Under the pieces are notes generated by a model that was not told where the DNA came from, made no database searches, and worked only from the letters and a program-made list of their open reading frames with translations. From the IMG/VR virus record IMGVR_UViG_648276671_000012: a stretch of 11,787 bases of DNA; one strand, written 5' to 3'. The DNA is from a virus (taxonomy: Duplodnaviria; Heunggongvirae; Uroviricota; Caudoviricetes). A program made the translations under genes and the position numbers. This document shows, piece after piece, positions 9,222-11,787 of the stretch (within the stretch, counting starts at the first letter, position 1; every line of letters starts with the position of its first letter).

Positions 9222-10271
9222 TTACGCCAGTACGCCAATTGCCAGCGCGCGATCGATAAAACGAAATATCAGCTCCAGTTGGGAGCCATACTTCTCTTCA
9301 AATGCCACTGTATCCGTATGCAGCTCGTTGTGATGCTTTCTGCACAAAGGCAACACAAAGAGATCATGTGCTTTTGTTCCCATTCCGCCCTGCCCGTGAC
9401 CAATCAGATGATGCGGATCGTCGGCTGGCATACCGCAGCAAGCACACGGCTGTGTCTTAACCCAACGTGTGTATTTCTCCTTAACCCAGCGGCGACGTTT
9501 AGGCAGCTTCATGAAAGATTCCGGAGACTCTGGATCAACGGTGATGCTTACCACCGTCTTTTCCTGTGGTAGTTTTTGTTGCTGGTGGGCGTAAGGCAAC
9601 GGTGCAAGATTTTTTGTGCGTTGTTTCAATATGCTGGTGGCGGTCTGCTCTCCCGGTACGATGTCGCTCTCGCGGTACACCGAGCAGATTTTTTCCGCTG
9701 GTATTCCCAGCGAACGACGTAATACCGCTTCCGGTAGCGCGTCCGCCACCTGATTGCGGACCGCCCACCAGGATAATTCAGCCAGAGATAATTCACGTTC
9801 CTGCGTACCGCTTATTGCGTGACGGATGACGTCAATCACCCATGCTGTCAGATTTTGTTGAGCAAGCAGATCCAGTGATTCCGATGTCTGGTCACGCAGT
9901 TGGTTGTCGCAGTGCCAACACAACACCATTGCGCCGGTACCATAACGGTGAATGACTGTTTCAGAGTGATGGTAATCGCCATTAGGCCACTGGCAGGATG
10001 TAACATGACGTAATAGCCAGTCAGACAATGCGCCAACGCCGCCAGCAGCACGAATCACCCGTTCGTTACTAAAAAACGGCAGCAATGTTTTGTCTTCCGC
10101 CAGCGGCTGGCGAACGGCAGGAACGACTCCGGATGGCAGATTACGCATGCTTTTTGGTTCCGGTTCCACCAGCACTCGAGGATTATGAAATATCTGTATG
10201 GATTCACGGCCCGGCTTAAGGACCACCAGCCCAAGCTCAGGCACCAGAACAGGTCTAAGTAATACCCGCAC
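9222..10271 (-). CDS. ydfU: DUF968-family protein with C-terminal HNH (His-Me finger) nuclease-like motif (YdfU-like), 349 aa from GTG
   Basis: C-terminal CACCGMPADDPHHLIGHGQGG...HDLFVLPLCRKHHNELH fits a C-x2-C...D-x-HH...N...C-x2-HH-x3-H HNH pattern. A GTG start at 10271..10269, 1 nt after the stop of the upstream 92-aa ORF, gives 349 aa. The track's ATG at 10310 would overlap that ORF by 38 nt. Confidence 0.75.
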   Translation of the reverse strand: MRVLLRPVLVPELGLVVLKPGRESIQIFHNPRVLVEPEPKSMRNLPSGVVPAVRQPLAEDKTLLPFFSNERVIRAAGGVGALSDWLLRHVTSCQWPNGDYHHSETVIHRYGTGAMVLCWHCDNQLRDQTSESLDLLAQQNLTAWVIDVIRHAISGTQERELSLAELSWWAVRNQVADALPEAVLRRSLGIPAEKICSVYRESDIVPGEQTATSILKQRTKNLAPLPYAHQQQKLPQEKTVVSITVDPESPESFMKLPKRRRWVKEKYTRWVKTQPCACCGMPADDPHHLIGHGQGGMGTKAHDLFVLPLCRKHHNELHTDTVAFEEKYGSQLELIFRFIDRALAIGVLA

Positions 10272-10272
10272 G

Positions 10273-10551
10273 TTACCTCCAGATCCGTTGCTGGAAAGTG
10301 CGGGACGCACGTGGTGGGCGTTCGGAGTAAGGCAATCTGACTGAGATTATCCAGTGACGGTAGTCGAGGCTAAGGGCTTTCTTAACCTCGTATCCGCGCC
10401 TGCGGTAACACTGAATTATCCATTCAGCCTGCTCTTCAGTGCATGGAGGGTGTTGGAACCATTCAGACTTGAATGCGTGAGAATACCGCTCGTGCGTGCA
10501 GACAAGAACGGGCGAATTATCAGAATTGTAATATTTTACGTTGCGTGCCAT
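10273..10551 (-). CDS. hypothetical Cys/His-rich small protein (92 aa), translationally coupled to the DUF968/HNH gene
   Basis: ORF whose TAA stop is 1 nt from the GTG start of the ydfU-like gene (TAA-C-GTG). Contains C-T-H, PPC and QCY motifs. Function unknown. Confidence 0.5.
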   Translation of the reverse strand: MARNVKYYNSDNSPVLVCTHERYSHAFKSEWFQHPPCTEEQAEWIIQCYRRRGYEVKKALSLDYRHWIISVRLPYSERPPRASRTFQQRIWR

Positions 10552-10617
10552 CGGTTTTCTCCGGTGGCACGGTGTTACTCAGCGGGAGTTCAGCCCCGCG
10601 CAAGATTGTAGATGAGT

Positions 10618-10869
10618 TTATTCTTCTGCAAAAGCTGAAAAGCCTGCTTTTATTCCGATCTCTTTCAGTGCCTGTAATGAAGTGACAAACTCACCTTCGC
10701 GCAAGATAAATCCGTCCGTGACCCGAGCATCCACAAAATTAATTAACGCAGCCCCATTCTTTCGCAAACACAGAATGCGGTAATGACTAACAATGTTTCC
10801 ATTTTCAACGCACACAGCATAGAGGCCATCTTCACAAAAAATTTTACGCAGTTCTTCGATGTTCATCAT
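10618..10869 (-). CDS. hypothetical protein, 83 aa (Rem-like by position and length)
   Basis: ORF between the hok terminator and the 92-aa ORF. Same length and relative position as Rem of K-12 Qin as recalled; sequence not recognised. Confidence 0.5.
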   Translation of the reverse strand: MMNIEELRKIFCEDGLYAVCVENGNIVSHYRILCLRKNGAALINFVDARVTDGFILREGEFVTSLQALKEIGIKAGFSAFAEE

Positions 10870-10998
10870 CAGAATCCTTCCGGATAATTAGCTCTCCCCT
10901 TTAAGGGACCATCCCTCTTATCCCTGCGCGCTACTTAAGTATTTTTGATTCTATTCCGGCACCGTCCAGAACTTCAAACGCGTTGAAAATAAAAACAA

Positions 10999-11024
10999 AA
11001 ACCCGCCGAAGCGGGTTAAGTGCG
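10999..11024 (-). terminator. intrinsic terminator at 3' end of the hok transcript (ACCCGC-UUCG-GCGGGU + U-run on minus strand)
   Basis: Hairpin followed by UUUUGUUUUUAUUUU on the minus strand, about 70 nt downstream of the hok stop. A further 9-bp-stem hairpin (11057..11078) lies in the 3' UTR, consistent with an fbi-like fold-back element. Confidence 0.5.
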
Positions 11025-11085
11025 GGTGCGTTGAGGATGCCTGCCACATCAGAGGTGGCGAGGGATTTCTCCCTCGCCGGGTCTC

Positions 11086-11241
11086 TTACTCCTCAGGTTC
11101 GTAAGCTGTGAAGACAGCGACCTCCGTCTGGCCGGTTCGGATTCGTACCTCGCAGAGGTCTTTCCTCGTTACCAGTGCCGTCACTATGACGGTTAAACAG
11201 ATGACGATCAGGGCGATTAACATCGCCTTTTGCTGCTTCAT
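11086..11241 (-). CDS. hokD: Hok-family type I toxin (HokD/RelF-like), 51 aa
   Basis: MKQQKAMLIALIVICLTVIVTALVTRKDLCEVRIRTGQTEVAVFTAYEPEE: single TMD plus conserved Hok C-terminal motif. AAGGAG SD 8 nt upstream of ATG 11241..11239. Confidence 0.85.
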   Translation of the reverse strand: MKQQKAMLIALIVICLTVIVTALVTRKDLCEVRIRTGQTEVAVFTAYEPEE

Positions 11242-11298
11242 AGCCTGCTTCTCCTTGCCTTTCGGCACGTAAGAGGCTAACCTACATTTGCTAGACAT
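11086..11298 (-). CDS. mok-like in-frame upstream extension of hok (70 codons)
   Basis: In-frame extension MSSKCRLASYVPKGKEKQA + Hok, resembling the N-terminal extension of MokC as recalled (MLNTCRVPLTDRKVKEKRA + HokC). Conservation of the extension at protein level supports a mok-type regulatory reading frame. Confidence 0.45.
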   Translation of the reverse strand: MSSKCRLASYVPKGKEKQAMKQQKAMLIALIVICLTVIVTALVTRKDLCEVRIRTGQTEVAVFTAYEPEE

Positions 11299-11787
11299 AG
11301 ATTGGGCCTCAGATTAATGTTAAGCGTCTTGCAGGACGCGTAATGTTAACTGGGGCTTTTCTCTATCTGCCGTTGGTGGCATGCCCGAGGCAGATAGCCT
11401 CAAGCACCCGCTGCAATTCTACTTAACTCTTCTTTTCCCGCAAACCGTTTTTATCCAGCACAGCAAATAGCCGCATTAAGCCAATGTTGTTCATTGTGTT
11501 TACCGCCAGTATTCAATACAAATGACCGCCATGAATACCCCTACAAAAAGCGCACTTATATGTCCAAATATTAATGTCAAGACATCAACTTCCTCCATCT
11601 CCTCCGCTGTTGCGATGATAGGTATACATGATGCAAACAACCAGATTGCAACAAATAAAAACTGCAAATGTCTTTTTCATTATTCCCCCGACAATCAATG
11701 AGTAATAACATTTAAACATAGATTGACATAATCAGACATAAAAATAATCTAGGCTGCACATTTTGCTTACATCGTGTTATAGGGAAG

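Noticed and set aside
8566-10685. Track ORFs 8566..8754(-), 9118..9333(+), 9207..9572(+), 9535..9768(-), 9566..9829(+), 9848..10051(-), 10354..10611(+), 10473..10685(+)
   Set aside because: Alternative-frame or antisense ORFs inside Q, the ydfU-like gene and the 92-aa ORF; no independent signals.
11242-11787. Expected relE/relB toxin-antitoxin genes upstream of hok, as in K-12 Qin
   Set aside because: No ORF of RelE or RelB size or character exists on the minus strand here; the region looks like a structured hok leader plus small ORFs.

Overview
The window is the late (antitermination, lysis, packaging) region of a lambdoid prophage of the E. coli Qin / phage 21-82 type, with the late operon on the minus strand. 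Reading right to left: hok/mok type I toxin, an 83-aa Rem-like ORF, a 92-aa Cys/His-rich ORF translationally coupled to a DUF968/HNH protein (YdfU-like), antiterminator Q, a putative late promoter with tR'-like terminator, a decayed cspF-like gene (+), cspB, a small zinc-ribbon ORF (+), S21-type pinholin, YdfR-like protein, SAR endolysin, Rz with embedded Rz1, cspI, a 51-aa ORF, a frameshifted gns-like gene, ydfO-like gene (+), a 68-aa acidic ORF, a lambda-like cosN, then terminase small and large subunits (large one runs off the left edge). Compared with K-12 Qin as I recall it, this copy looks more complete (cos plus terminase present), carries no relBE next to hok, and has two cold-shock-island genes (gns, cspF) broken by 1-nt deletions. 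No rRNA, tRNA, CRISPR or IS element was seen. Nothing is unambiguously a new system; the least-explained pieces are the 92-aa ORF plus HNH/DUF968 pair upstream of Q, the ydfR-like gene inside the lysis cassette, and several small ORFs. All identifications rest on manual translation, motif recognition and recalled synteny; no database search was run.
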